The notes under the pieces were generated by a model, which was not told where the DNA came from, did not search any database, and saw nothing but the letters and a program-made list of their open reading frames with translations. Source: Azolla caroliniana (taxonomy: Eukaryota; Plantae; Polypodiophyta). From it: 64,000 nucleotides of DNA. The stretch covers positions 1 through 64,000 of the forward strand of contig JBHGNT010000147.1 of the NCBI GenBank assembly GCA_043228905.1. Direction: 5' to 3'. This document shows, piece after piece, positions 1 to 11,910 of this stretch (its first letter is position 1; each line of letters starts with the position of its first letter). A program made the position numbers and the translations under genes.

Positions 1-2110
1 CATCGCAAAGCCCAATCTCCAACCCTTTGGATTGTCTATGACATGATTTCTAGACATAAAATGCTTCATGGGTGCATGTGCACATTCTAATAACCGTGAC
101 TATTTGAAACCATATGTTTTTTAAGGAGACAAACTATTTGACAGTGGGCTCTCTTATCGGTTCATATACCAACGCAAATTTGGTGGACAATAAATGCTCT
201 ATACTACGCTTGGAACTGTATGATTCTTCAACCTTATATTCTTCTTGTGTACATATGTTGAAAAGAGAGTCCTTGATGCACGTGAAAATAGAGCATTGCT
301 ACAAATAACACAAAAGAGAATCACAACCTCTTTTTAGAATATCCATTGGAGCCATCCCCTTAAGCTCGTAGGAAGAGTTTGTGTAATAGAGGACCCGACA
401 CATGCGTACAACCATGAGCTTATTAAATTTTTTGTCCACCCTATCATAAAACCATAGCAAAGTTTATTTTTCCTAAGTTATTAAGCAAAACAAAGGTTGC
501 ACACTACCATTGTACCACCCTCACAATTGTAGGCACAATGAACTTCCTCGCCGATAAAATGCAATCATATAGATTAGAGTCTTTACTAGAGAGAAACATT
601 TTGCACAAGAAATATAGAATTTTCTCTATTCCAAGAAAACCATCAAATCAGATGTTTCTATGAAAATGTTCTTTATATAACCTATGACCCTTCCATATAT
701 ATTAACCTTTCACACGTGACCACAGACACACGAACAAAGGTTATTATCATAGCAATTGAGAATATTCTTTCGATTTCAGCCCACATACAAATCTATGTAT
801 CATCTCTACACTTAATTATCCGAAGCATTTATATTTGACCTTAAAGTCTATAAAGTTTTCAAAAGATTTATTTTAAGGCTTCACAAACTCTAGATTTAAG
901 AATAATTCGGATTGTTCGATGTTATCAACATGATTAACTTTGCCATGTTATAAGGGTGCTTTACTTTGCTAATTTAATGTTTTCTTGTTACACCTTATCC
1001 ATTTATTTATAAAGTTGTTAATGCTAAGATATCTCCTAATTATAAGGAATATAATAAAATTCTAAGTTATGTAAAACAATAAGTTATTGTCTCTTATTTT
1101 AAACTTCAAGATAGATCGTATTAGGTACAACAAAAACATCCTTGAGAAGCATATAAAATTCTTGGAAAAGATTGTACATGAATGCTTCCATTTTGTATCG
1201 AGTGTTGTCCACTTGGAAATTATAGATACGTTTTTAGAGGATGTTTGTAGCAAACAACACCATTTCCATGATGAAGTTAAGATGATCATGACAATCAAGA
1301 AGGTTTTGAAGGCATAGCTAGATTTGTGAGTTGCTACCCTCTAGTTTCTTCTTGTTTCATTTATTTTCACAAGTATAAATGCACTCCAAATTCATACCAA
1401 GGGTTTAAGATCCTTTATAATACTAATACGAGACATGTGAAAATCACTTTGGCATCCTCCATTCACACATGAAGTAACAAATTAAATTGGAGGGCTAAAT
1501 GAACTCTATTATGGTTCATCATTGTGGGTATGGACAACCAGAGACATTAAATGCAAAGAAGAAGTTCAATGATATCAATGATCATTCTTATATTTCAAAA
1601 TTTAAAGCTGAAGAAGAGGTTAATTTATTAGAATCAATATTATGATTCAAATTCCAACACGTGGGAGCAATGTTCAACTCTCATGAGTCAATCATAATTG
1701 GCCATATTTTATCAAATGGATTAAGGACAATATTGGGATGCTTCCCAAGCACGTCTTTTACAACGTGTCATCTTGCGCACCCCTTTTCGAGCCTGTATTG
1801 AGGAAATAGTGTTGGCATAAAAGGCTAACTCCTTCCAAGTTGTATCCATCCGAGTGTGAACTCTTCAATAAGTTAGGGCTTAGTATATAAGCGAATACCT
1901 AACATTGTATAGTATGACGAGTGATGAAGCCTCTATGCATTGTATCTTAGAGAGAGAGAGAGAACGAAGCAACAAAGCTTTCCATTAGAGCTTGCACTGT
2001 GTAAGTGCACGCCATTCTTTTTTCTGTCTGCGTTGTTTGCTGTTCAGAACCAACACAGATCCATACACGTTTCTGCAAGTTGTTAGAAATCTCAAGTTCA
2101 CAAACAGAAT

Positions 2111-3141
2111 ATGGCTTCAACATCCGGAACAAGAATCAGAAAATTCGACGGCAAAAACTTTGCCTTGTGGAAGGAGATGATGCAGGATGTGATGATTATT
2201 CGAAGACAGGTCGAAGTCATTCAGCACAACGAAAAACCTACTTCAATGGTAGTCGAGGAGTGGAGATCAACGGACGAAATCGCACGCTCCTCCATCCGAA
2301 TGCATCTGGCCGAAAACGTCTATTTCAGCATGGCGAAAGAGACGACATCGTTCTCATTGTGGGAGAAGCTACAAGCCGTTTATGAAAAGAAGTCCTCATC
2401 TTCGAAACTGATTTTGATCAAACAATCGTTCAACATGAAGATGAGAGAGACCGATCCGGCAACCTCCCATAGCAACACCTTTAGCCAGGTGTTGTCTGAG
2501 CTCTCGTCACAAGGGATCAACTTCAAAGAAGAAGTGAAAGCCCTCGCCCTCCTATCGAGCTTGCCAGCGAGTTGGGAGGTATTCTGCATGACATATGCCA
2601 ATAGCCGATCGATCCTAAACTTGGATGAAACAATCGGCCAAGTCCTCACAGAGGAAATTAGGCGAAAATCGATGGGACTAACCATCATGAGTCGGTAGAA
2701 GCCCATCACTCGACCGAGTCGTTTGATCGACAGAGTCGAATGAAAGAACAAGCCGACAAAACCGGTCGACGCTACAGGCAATTGAAAACAAGGGGAGACC
2801 GACAATGATCGAAGTCGAAAACGGGCCAATCAAACGAGTACTACACACACTACAGGAAAGCTGGCCACAATGTTTCTGACAGCTGGTCATTAAAAAGAAA
2901 AGAGAGTGGTCAGCGATCCGAGCGGAATCGGGGATGTTCCGACTCGGACCACTCTCCAGTCGGCAACCAAATCAACGTTGCCGACACCCGATCTGGAGAA
3001 ATCCTCTCCTTAGAAGACTCAATTATCAAAGAAGTCCTCTACAGTGCACAAGTTGCACACACGTGGCTACTAGACTCTGGCGCCACATTTCACGTGACCC
3101 CCAACATTGAATGGTTCTCGAACTATTCAGCCGACGCTAGC
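2111..3141 (+). pseudogene. copia A gag + protease N-terminus
   Basis: ORF 2111-2698 has copia UBN2-type gag motifs; the downstream frame carries a degenerate zinc knuckle and the DSGA protease motif, cut by the insertion at 3142. Confidence 0.85.
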
Positions 3142-3189
3142 TGTCGTGACTTGAGAATAGGAGAGAGAAAAATAAGATGACAGTAGAAG

Positions 3190-3232
<43 letters not shown>

Positions 3233-3592
3233 ACACTAGAAATGGAAAGAGAGTTTATATTATAAGAGAGCAAGGATTACAAAGAGTAGGCTAAGGGGCT
3301 ACAAACTAGTGTTGAACCGAATGAGTTGTGATGAATGAATAGACACCTATTTATAGGTCCTTATGGAGTATTCTAGAATGTTCTAGAATATTTTAGATAT
3401 TTATGATATTTAATATAATCATGGAATATCCTAGAATGTTCTAGAATACTCTAAATGTCTTGTAATAACTAATAGTACATTTATTATAACTATACATCAT
3501 ATATGTTAGTATAATGGTTAAAGGTCTAACATATAGACCAAGACGTCTTGGGCTCGAATCATTGTAAGGCCAAAATGTATGTCGTCATGACA
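3142..3592 (-). repeat. 3' LTR of the Tcn1-type element
   Basis: Near-identical to 8421-8909: about 2 substitutions by eye, plus differences in the AG microsatellite and the 20-bp repeat copy number. Confidence 0.95.
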
Positions 3593-3593
3593 T

Positions 3594-6500
3594 TATCCCC
3601 CCTTTTCGATGACGAGTTCCACGAGTCGGAAGACAAGATTTCGGACTTGGCTTATGATGATGTTTGTTGTGAAATGCAGCAACCATTTTAGAGGCATTAG
3701 CAAGATTCTCAAGAGGTTCCCATGTTCGATCATTAGGTGTATAACCTAACTAGTCAACCAAATAATACATTTTGTTGCGAACGATCTTGGAGTCGAGAAT
3801 GGCAACAACTTCATATTCGGAGCCATCCGAAACTTCGATTGGAGGTGGGGGAGATGTAAGACGGCCTGGAATAGAGTTGGTTGTGTACGACTCCAAAAGT
3901 GAAACATGGAAGACCGGGTGAAGATGCATATGAGGGGGAAGATCAAGGCGAAATGCCACATCATGGATCTTACCAGATATCACATATGGGCCAAAACGTT
4001 GATAATCCAATTTGCAGCAAGGTCGGGTTGTTTTAATGCGACCTTGTAAAAGCCATACTCGATCCCCCACTTGAAACGTAGTCGATGAATCACGTCGATG
4101 AAGGTCAGCAACCTTCTTTTGAGTGTTTTGAGCATCAAATAAATGGTGCAAAAGGATATCTTGAACTTCTTGGAGTCGGGTGAGCCGATCTTCAGCAGCC
4201 GGGTTTGTCGGGAGTTCGGGATGTTCAAGCATAGTCCAACGAGGATGGTACCCAATGTTTGCAAAAAATGGGGAATATCCAGTAGAAGAATGTTCTGAGT
4301 TGTTGTAAGCAAATTCCGCCAAATGTAATAGATCAACCCAATCATCTTGTTGATAGTTGACAAAACAACGAAGATATTGTTCTACTGTTTGGTTGGTGCG
4401 CTCACTCTGCCCGTTAGTTTCTGGATGGTAGTCGGAAGAGAGTTTGCAAGAAGTATGTAAGAGTTTGAACATGTGCCGCCAAAATTTTGAGATGAACTAG
4501 GGACCCCGATCACTGATAATATCATCAGGAAGACCATGATGCCGAAACACCTCTCGCATGAGTAACTCGGCTGTCTCTTGGCTCGTAATGGCCTTTGTGC
4601 AGGGAAGAAAATGTGCCATCTTGATAAAACGATCTACTACCGTGAATAGAATCAAAACCCTTGGAAGGTGGTAGATCCGTAATGAAGTCCAATGAAATAG
4701 ATTTCCATGGACTCTCAGGAATAGGCATTGGCTGTAATAAGCCATATGGATGATGTCGAGGTTTTTTGGATCGGCAACATGTATCACAACTACGAACATA
4801 ATCCGTAACAAAATGGCGAAGTCGTGGCCACCAATACCTTCGAGAAATTAACGCCAAAGTCTTGTGGATGCCAAAATGTCCAGCCATTGGTGTATCATGA
4901 CATTGTTGCAAGACTTGGAGTCGAGAAGGACCATTAGGCACATATAAGAGATTTTGTCAAAAAAGTAAACCATCATGCCAATTGAACTGGTTGTAGTCTT
5001 GACGAGGATTTTGAGATTGTGAACAAGAAGCACGATCTGGGATAATATGGCTCAGAATATCCTGGGCGAATTCATCAGTCTCAATATGCTCCCAAATGGA
5101 GTCTAGAAGACTTGAATCCTCGGGTGTGTCTATAGCATGAAAAACCATTAGTCGTAGACGGTCAGGACCCAAGAGGATTTGCTTCTGACTTTCAAACGTG
5201 GCCTCTCCTGGTTGAAGTTCCATATATGAACGCCGAGATAAAGCATCTACTTTGCCTTGTTGCGTCCCAGGGCGATATAGAATTACGAAATCAAAACGAG
5301 TTAAAAATTGCGCCCAACGAGCTTGTCGACGACTCAAGTCTCGAGCACTTTGGAAGTACGTTAGATTTTTGTGATCATTATAGACAATGATTTGTTGAGA
5401 CGAACCCTCCAAAAAATGACGCCATTGTTGAAAAGAATCCACAATGGCAAGAAGCTCTTTGTCGTGAATCTCATAGTTGATTTCTGCAGCTTCGAATTTC
5501 CGTGAATGAAAAGCCACAGGGTGCAGTTGGCCATCATTGCTAATCTGGGATAATATGCTTCCTAGTGCGAAGTCAGATGCATCAGCTTCCAGTATAAAGC
5601 GCTTCAATGGATCAACATGCATCAAAATTGGTGCGGATGTAAATGCTTGCTTTAATCCTTCAAATGCAGAGTTTGCATTTATACTCCACACAAATGGTTG
5701 ATTCTTCTGTGTCAGTTGAGTGAGGGGCAATACGATCTTTGAATAATGTTTGATGAACTTGCGATAAAAGTTTGCGAACCCTAAAAAACATTGTACATCT
5801 TGCACAGACTGTGGTGTTTGCCAATCCAAAACTGTTTGAACCTTTGCTGGATCCATAGAGATGCCATGTGAAGAGACTATGTACCCCAAAAATTCCACTT
5901 GACGCTGGTCAAAGCTGCACTTCTCCAATTTTGCATAGAGACCATATTCACGCAACCGTTGCAAATCTTGTCGAACGTGTATATCATGATCCTCTTGAGT
6001 TTTTGAGTAGATCAAGATATCATCTAGGTAAATTATGACGAAAATATCGAGGAAATCTCGAAAAATGTCATTCGCCATATGTTGGAAAACTGCTGGTGCA
6101 TTCGTGAGACCAAATGGCATCACTGTATACTCAAAATGGCCATAGCGAGTACGAAAAGCAATCTTCCATTCATCCCCAGGACGAATTCGAACAAGATTGT
6201 AAGCACCTCGAAGATCTAACTTTGTGAAATACTTAGCTCCATTGAGGCGTTCCAGAAGGCTCGAAATCAATGGTAGAGCATATCGGTTTCGAATAGTTAC
6301 TTTATTCAATTCTCGATAATCCACAACCAGACGAAGCGAACCATCTTTCTTCTTAACGAAAAATATGGGTGCGCCGGCAGGAGATCTTGAATGCTGGATA
6401 AACCCATTCGCCAAGTTCTCATCGATATATTCCCGAAGAACCTCTAACTCTGTGGGTGAAAGATTATAAATTGGCCCCCATGGAGGCTCTTTTCCGGGCT

Positions 6501-7188
6501 GCAAATCAATCGGGCAATCATATGGTCGATGCTTTGGTAGTCTATTGGCCTTCACCTTATCAAAAACATCGGAGAATTCTATATATTTCTTCGGTAGTTG
6601 GACCCCCGATTCTTGTGAGCTCGATGTGGGAGTTGCTAAAACTGCGAACACCAACATGTCTTCCTTCCGTCCTTCATCACGTAATTGATGTATAGAGATT
6701 GTCGAAATCTTTTGGAATGTCATATCCTTTGTTGGAGTTTTAAGAGGCTCAGACTGTATTGTGACTTCTTCGATGGTTCTTTTTCTCCAATCAATAGTTG
6801 GGTTATGTAGCTCAAACCATGGAAGACCAAGAACTAGGGAGTGCTCTGGACTACTAATGATGTTGAATGAGATGACACTAGCCAAATTGCCTAGGACTAC
6901 ATGAATTGGTTCAGACTCTTCAACTATATCACCTGATGCTATGGGGCGTCCATCAATGACTCCGACTAACACTGGGCTTGGGAGCTTATGCAACTGAATA
7001 TTATGCATTACAGCAAACTCACGATCCATGAAACAAGAGTTGGCTCCAGAGTCTAAGAGGGCAAAAGCTGGGACTCGATGGCACCTAGATGTGTTAAGCT
7101 CAACTTGTGCAAAGAAAACTCGACTAACTTGACCAGATGAAATGGAACCACAACTAGGGACGGACGTTACATGCCTAGGGCTGTCCAA
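3594..7188 (-). pseudogene. Tcn1-type pol (PR, RT, RNase H, integrase, chromodomain), frameshifted
   Basis: ALLDSGANSCF (PR), IYLDDILIYS (RT), EADASDFALG (RH), HDTPMAGH...CDTC and ISDRGP (INT), GPY/F motif, and YEVVAILDSKIVRNKMYYLVD*LGY...TWEP (chromodomain). Confidence 0.93.
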
Positions 7189-7214
7189 CCAAATGGCTCC
7201 GATTTTGGCCGGAC

Positions 7215-8327
7215 TTACTCGTTTAACACATCATCTAATTGGCTCAAGACATCAAATGTATTTTTATGACAGGGACTACTAGGCCTACTTGGGTTACGAG
7301 AAGGCGGGGCAGAAATTGAGATGGGATTGTCATGAGCACTTACTTGGTTAACTTGTCGTCGTGGTTTATGTGGACAATTCACAACAATATGCCCTGGACC
7401 ACCACAATAGAGGCATAGACGATTCACTCGCCGTCGTTGCTTTTCAGCATCCGATAATGGTTCTCGACGTCGTGTTGTCTCGATTTCCATTGGAGTAGGG
7501 CCTTCCACCACACTTGACTTTGATACTTGGGGTGGAGTTGCAACCACTGAAGCATATGTTTCTGTTGGTCGAAAGTGTAACATTTGTTGGCGCTCAGAAC
7601 GCCGCTCAAATAAGCGATTGTCACATCGCATGGCCCGGCTTACTGCTTCAGTAAGAGATTTTGGATCATCATGGAAGGTAAGAAGTAAATCCTTCACATC
7701 ATTGCGCAAACCTTGACGAAATTGATCCATTAATGCTGCCTTGTCCCATGGAATATCACATGCTAGAAGGCGAAAATCTGCAGCATAAGCGGAAGCAGGA
7801 CAATCTCCTTGTCATAATCGCCGAATTTTGTTTATTGCAGTCCTCATACTATCAGTGTCTCCAAAGTTGGCTTGGAACTCATTAATAAACCCTTCAAAAT
7901 CTTCTAATAATGGTGAGTGCTTCTCTAGGAGTGGTGCAAACCACGCTAATGCGGTACCCGTTAACAAGGTACCAACTAGACCCACACGAGCAACATCAGT
8001 TGGGTAACGGCTAGGATGCAATTTAATCACAAGCCGTACCTGATTTCCACGAAACTGAGACCTTGTACCATCAAACTTGGCTGGCAGACTAATCTTGGGT
8101 TCCTTCGGCGAGGTTTGAACTTCCGCCACTTGTCGTTGCAATAGAGTAGTCTCCAATTGATGCACCCATTGAGATAATTCTTCATATTGTTGTACTTTCT
8201 CAGCACTTACTTGTTGTAGGTGTCCCAGCAATCTTTGATTTTCATGCTCTAGTGCTACGAATTTGGTTGTTAGCATTTCGAGCTCGGAGAGAACACACAT
8301 ATATTCTTGCTTGCTGACGGACTCCAT
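7215..8327 (-). pseudogene. Tcn1-type gag
   Basis: PKISLPAKFDG, FRQGLRNDVKD, GPTPME and the CLYCGGPGHIVVNC zinc knuckle; one internal stop near 7812. Confidence 0.9.
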
Positions 8328-8407
8328 AGTTGCGATAGAAAATTGCTAGATTTGGTTGAATAAAGTTAAGATAAGAAGAAGAAGTTGAAGAAGAAGAAAA
8401 GAGATAG

Positions 8408-8418
8408 ATTCGGTTCAA
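8408..8418 (-). promoter_or_regulatory. Non-tRNA primer-binding site (putative self-priming)
   Basis: Minus-strand TTGAACCGAAT lies 2 nt inside the 5' LTR end and is the exact complement of LTR positions 8589-8599. Confidence 0.75.
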
Positions 8419-8420
8419 AC

Positions 8421-8468
8421 TGTCGTGACTTGAGAATAGGAGAGAGAAAAATAAGATGACAGTAGAAG

Positions 8469-8509
<41 letters not shown>

Positions 8510-8909
8510 ACACTAGAAATGGAAAGAGAGTTTATATTATAAGAGAGCAAGGATTACAAAGAGTAGGCTAAGGGGCTACAAACTGGTGTTGAACCGAATG
8601 AGTTGTGATGAATGAATAGACACCTATTTATAGGTCCTTATGGAGTATTCTAGAATGTTCTAGAATATTTTAGATATTTATGATATTTAATATAATCATG
8701 GAATATCCTAGAATGTTCTAGAATACTCTAGAATGTTCTAGAATACTCTAGAATGTTCTAGAATACTCTAAATGTCTTGTAATAACTAATAGTACATTTA
8801 TTATAACTATACATCATATATGTTAGTATAATGGTTAAAGGTCTAACATATAGACCAAGACGTCTTGGGCTCGAATCCTTGTAAGGCCAAAATGTATGTC
8901 GTCATGACA
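8421..8909 (-). repeat. 5' LTR of the Tcn1-type element
   Basis: Direct repeat of 3142-3592; minus-strand TATAAATA at 8625-8632. Confidence 0.95.
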
Positions 8910-8914
8910 CCAGC

Positions 8915-11910
8915 GTCACAGTCCGACTGGGAAACAGGCAGGAGTGCAAGATAGCCGGAACCGGGGACGTTCCTATCAGATTGCCAAATGACAACACAAT
9001 AATCTTGCACCGAGTTCGGCACGTACCTGATCTAAAGAGGAGTTTGGTCTCCATCGGCATGTTAGCCGAAAACGGGTATCGAACGACTCTACACGAGTCG
9101 ACATGGGTGATCAGCTGAGGAAACCTCAAAATCGTTAGTGGGTACAAGTATAATAATCTATACCCATTGATGGCGATCAACCCAAAACAGGCCGTGAACA
9201 TAGCCGAGAAAACCGACCCAAACTTATGGCATGGCCGACTTGGCCACATGTCTCAAGCTGGACTTGATCGGCTGATGTCGGTCGGCTACATTCTAAAACT
9301 CCTGGCAAAGATGGACTTCTGCGAGCATTGTCGATATGAGAAACAGACCCGAAGTCTGCACTCTCTCCACTACGAGATGGTATGACAACCCCTAGAGCTC
9401 GTGCACACAAACATATGTGGGCCCATGCCAACGCGATCACTAGGAGGCTCCTGGTACTTCATCACATTCGTAGATGGCTGTACATGGAAAGTTTGGGCAT
9501 ACTCCATGAAGTCCAAAGATGAAGTACCAAGAGGTGAGTACACCTCCAGAGCCTTCAAATAGTACCTGTCCGAAAAAGGGATCCGACACCAAAAGACCGT
9601 TCCCTACACACCCATGCAAAATGGAGTGGCAGAACGGATCAACAGGATGATCCTGGAGAGGGTGATGGCAATGCTCAAGCACGCCAGATTGAAGCTGGAA
9701 TTCTGGGCCGAGGCATTGCAGACGACAATGTACCTGATAAATCTGGCGCCGTCAAGAGCAATCAGGCTCAAAGTGCCACATGCACTATGGTCAGGCAAAC
9801 AATCGACCTACAATAGGGTGCACGTTCATCCCCAGGGACAAAAGGACAAAGTTGGCACCCCATGCAACAAAGTGTATATTTCTCGGTTATGGAACTGATG
9901 GGGACTTCGGCTACCGGCTATGGGACCCTAAGAACCGGAAAGTGATCTGGAGCAGCGACGTAGTCTTCAATTAAAACTCTATCTTCTCTCAACGGAACCA
10001 ATAGAAAATAGTTGGTAAGAAGGTATCCTTCGAAGATGACAACACTGTAGTAGAAGGACCGACCCACCAAGCCGAATCAGAGACTCGACAAACAGTCGAA
10101 CTCCAACAAGCTGCCAACTTCCCTACCGACAACGAATTGGCAACAAGTCCTATTGTCAAACTCAAAGACAAAGTCATCAAAGACACAACCGAATCGGCCA
10201 GGCTCGATAAAGGCAAAGTCACCAAGAGACAAGTCAGAAAAGAGTCGATGACAACCACAGGGGAGGACAACCAGATACCGTCGAAATCCCAATCTAGGGG
10301 CGGGACACCTAACAAGACTACTGATACAGATGGTTCAACTAATACAGATCGACCAACAAAGCCGATTGAAGGATCCGAACCAAACATCTCGGCACATAGG
10401 AGATATGGACAAGCTCGAAGGCAAATAGAGTTCTACCAACTGGGCCTCGACTACGCCAACTACATGGATGCAAGCGAACCAAGCACCTATGAAGAAGCTA
10501 TGGTCGCACCGGATGCCGAAACATGGCTACAAGACATGAAATCCAAAATGGACTTGATTCATCAGAATTAGACATGGGAGTTGGTCGAACTACCAGTTGG
10601 AAGGAAGCCGCTACCTTGCAAATGGGTTTTCCGATACAAGTATGTATCCGACTCAGAGAAACCCAACTACAAAGCTCGACTTGTCGCGAAAGGATTCAAA
10701 TAGGAATATAGGGTCGACTATGATGAGATATTCTCACTAGTAGTCAAGATGACCACCCTTTGACTCCTACTAGGAGTCGCGACGAAAGAAGATCTAGAGC
10801 TCGAGCAGATGGACGTAAAGACGACATTCCTACATGAAGATCTGGAAGAAGGCATATACATGTCTCAACCGGCAGGCTTCACAGCGACGGGGGAGGATAG
10901 TCACCTCGTATGTTGACTAAAGAAAAGTCTATATGGCCTAAAACAAGCGCTGAGAATGTGGCACCCGAAGTTTGACTCCTACATACGATAGCTTGGATAC
11001 AACAAATCAGACTCTGATCCATGCATGTATGTTCGGCAACTGGCCGACAACTCAAGGATCTATCTGATCCTATACGTCAACGACGTGTTGATTGCAGGAA
11101 GCAATCAAGCAGAGATCGGTAAGCTGAAGCGAAGCCTTCACGCCAAGTTTGCGATGAAGGAACTCGGACAAGCCCGACACATACTAGGCATGAGGATGGA
11201 GCGCAATCGAACGACCAAAACTCTCCGACTCTACCAGTCCGAATACATCCGCAAGGTGCTGAAGCGCTTCAACATGGAGAATGCGAAGCCAACACCGACA
11301 TCGATTCCGACGTTGATTGGACTATTGGATAGAGACTCTCCTTCGACGGACAAGGAGAGAGAACTCAATGGAAAATACCCTACGCATCGGCAGTAGGAAG
11401 TATCATGTACGCAATGGTGGCGACCCGACCCGACCTAGCCTATGTCGTAGGGGTTGTTAGCCGGTACATGTCAAACCCACCCAGGAAAGAAGCATTGGGA
11501 GGCTGACAATCACACCCTTAGGTATCCAAAAGGAACCTTGGATGCACAAGTGACTTTCGAACTGACAACCTTTGTCGAAGTCGAAGGCTACACGGATTCC
11601 AACTATGCGGGAAATGCAGATAATCGGAAATCGACATCAGGCTACATCTTCACCTATGGTGGCGGGGCGATATCATGGAGGTTGAAACTTCAAGAGTGCA
11701 TGACTTTGTCTACCACAGAAGCTAAGTACATAACAGCATCGGAAGTAGTGAAGGAAGCGATCTGGCTGCACCGACTGACTGCCGACTTCGGAACTTGAAG
11801 CTGAAACGACCGACCATCTATTGTGACTCACAAAACGCAATACACCTCATCAACAATCCCGTCTATCATACGAAGACGAAGCACATTGAGGTGCGGTACC
11901 ATCATATCCG
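8915..11910 (+). pseudogene. copia A pol remainder (PR C-terminus, INT, RT, RNase H)
   Basis: Resumes after the TSD; fragments at 9167-9385, 9614-9898, 11025-11396 and 11454-11983 carry copia motifs. Confidence 0.9.

Larger units (their letters stand above)
3142..8909 (-). mobile_element. Full-length Ty3/gypsy chromovirus (Tcn1/Tf1-like)
   Basis: LTRs at 3142-3592 and 8421-8909 (TGTCGTGAC...GTCATGACA); TSD CTAGC/CCAGC; PPT (TTATCCCCCCTTTT on +) next to the left LTR; gag-PR-RT-RH-INT-chromodomain order on the minus strand. Confidence 0.95.
1810..11910 (+). mobile_element. Ty1/copia LTR retrotransposon 'A' (decayed, 3'-truncated, interrupted by the Tcn1-type element at 3142-8909)
   Basis: Starts TGTTGGCATAAAAG, like family LTR starts at 45327 and 45778. 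Gag (MASTSGTRIRKFDGKNFALWK, 2111), protease WLLDSGATFH (~3062), GAG-pre-integrase LWHGRLGHMS, integrase QNGVAERINR, RT LYVNDVLI and RNase H IYCDSQNAI...TKHIEVRYHHIR occur in copia order. Many stops and frameshifts; no PBS or 3' LTR visible. Confidence 0.9.

Noticed and set aside
1-1800. Host gene or copia relic (GSYTNAN in ORF 114-308)
   Set aside because: AT-rich with short ORFs; the motif resemblance is too weak to call.
8824-8885. Functional tRNA gene
   Set aside because: Only partial arms and A/B boxes, no convincing acceptor stem, and embedded in an LTR. The same applies at 35319 and 53410.
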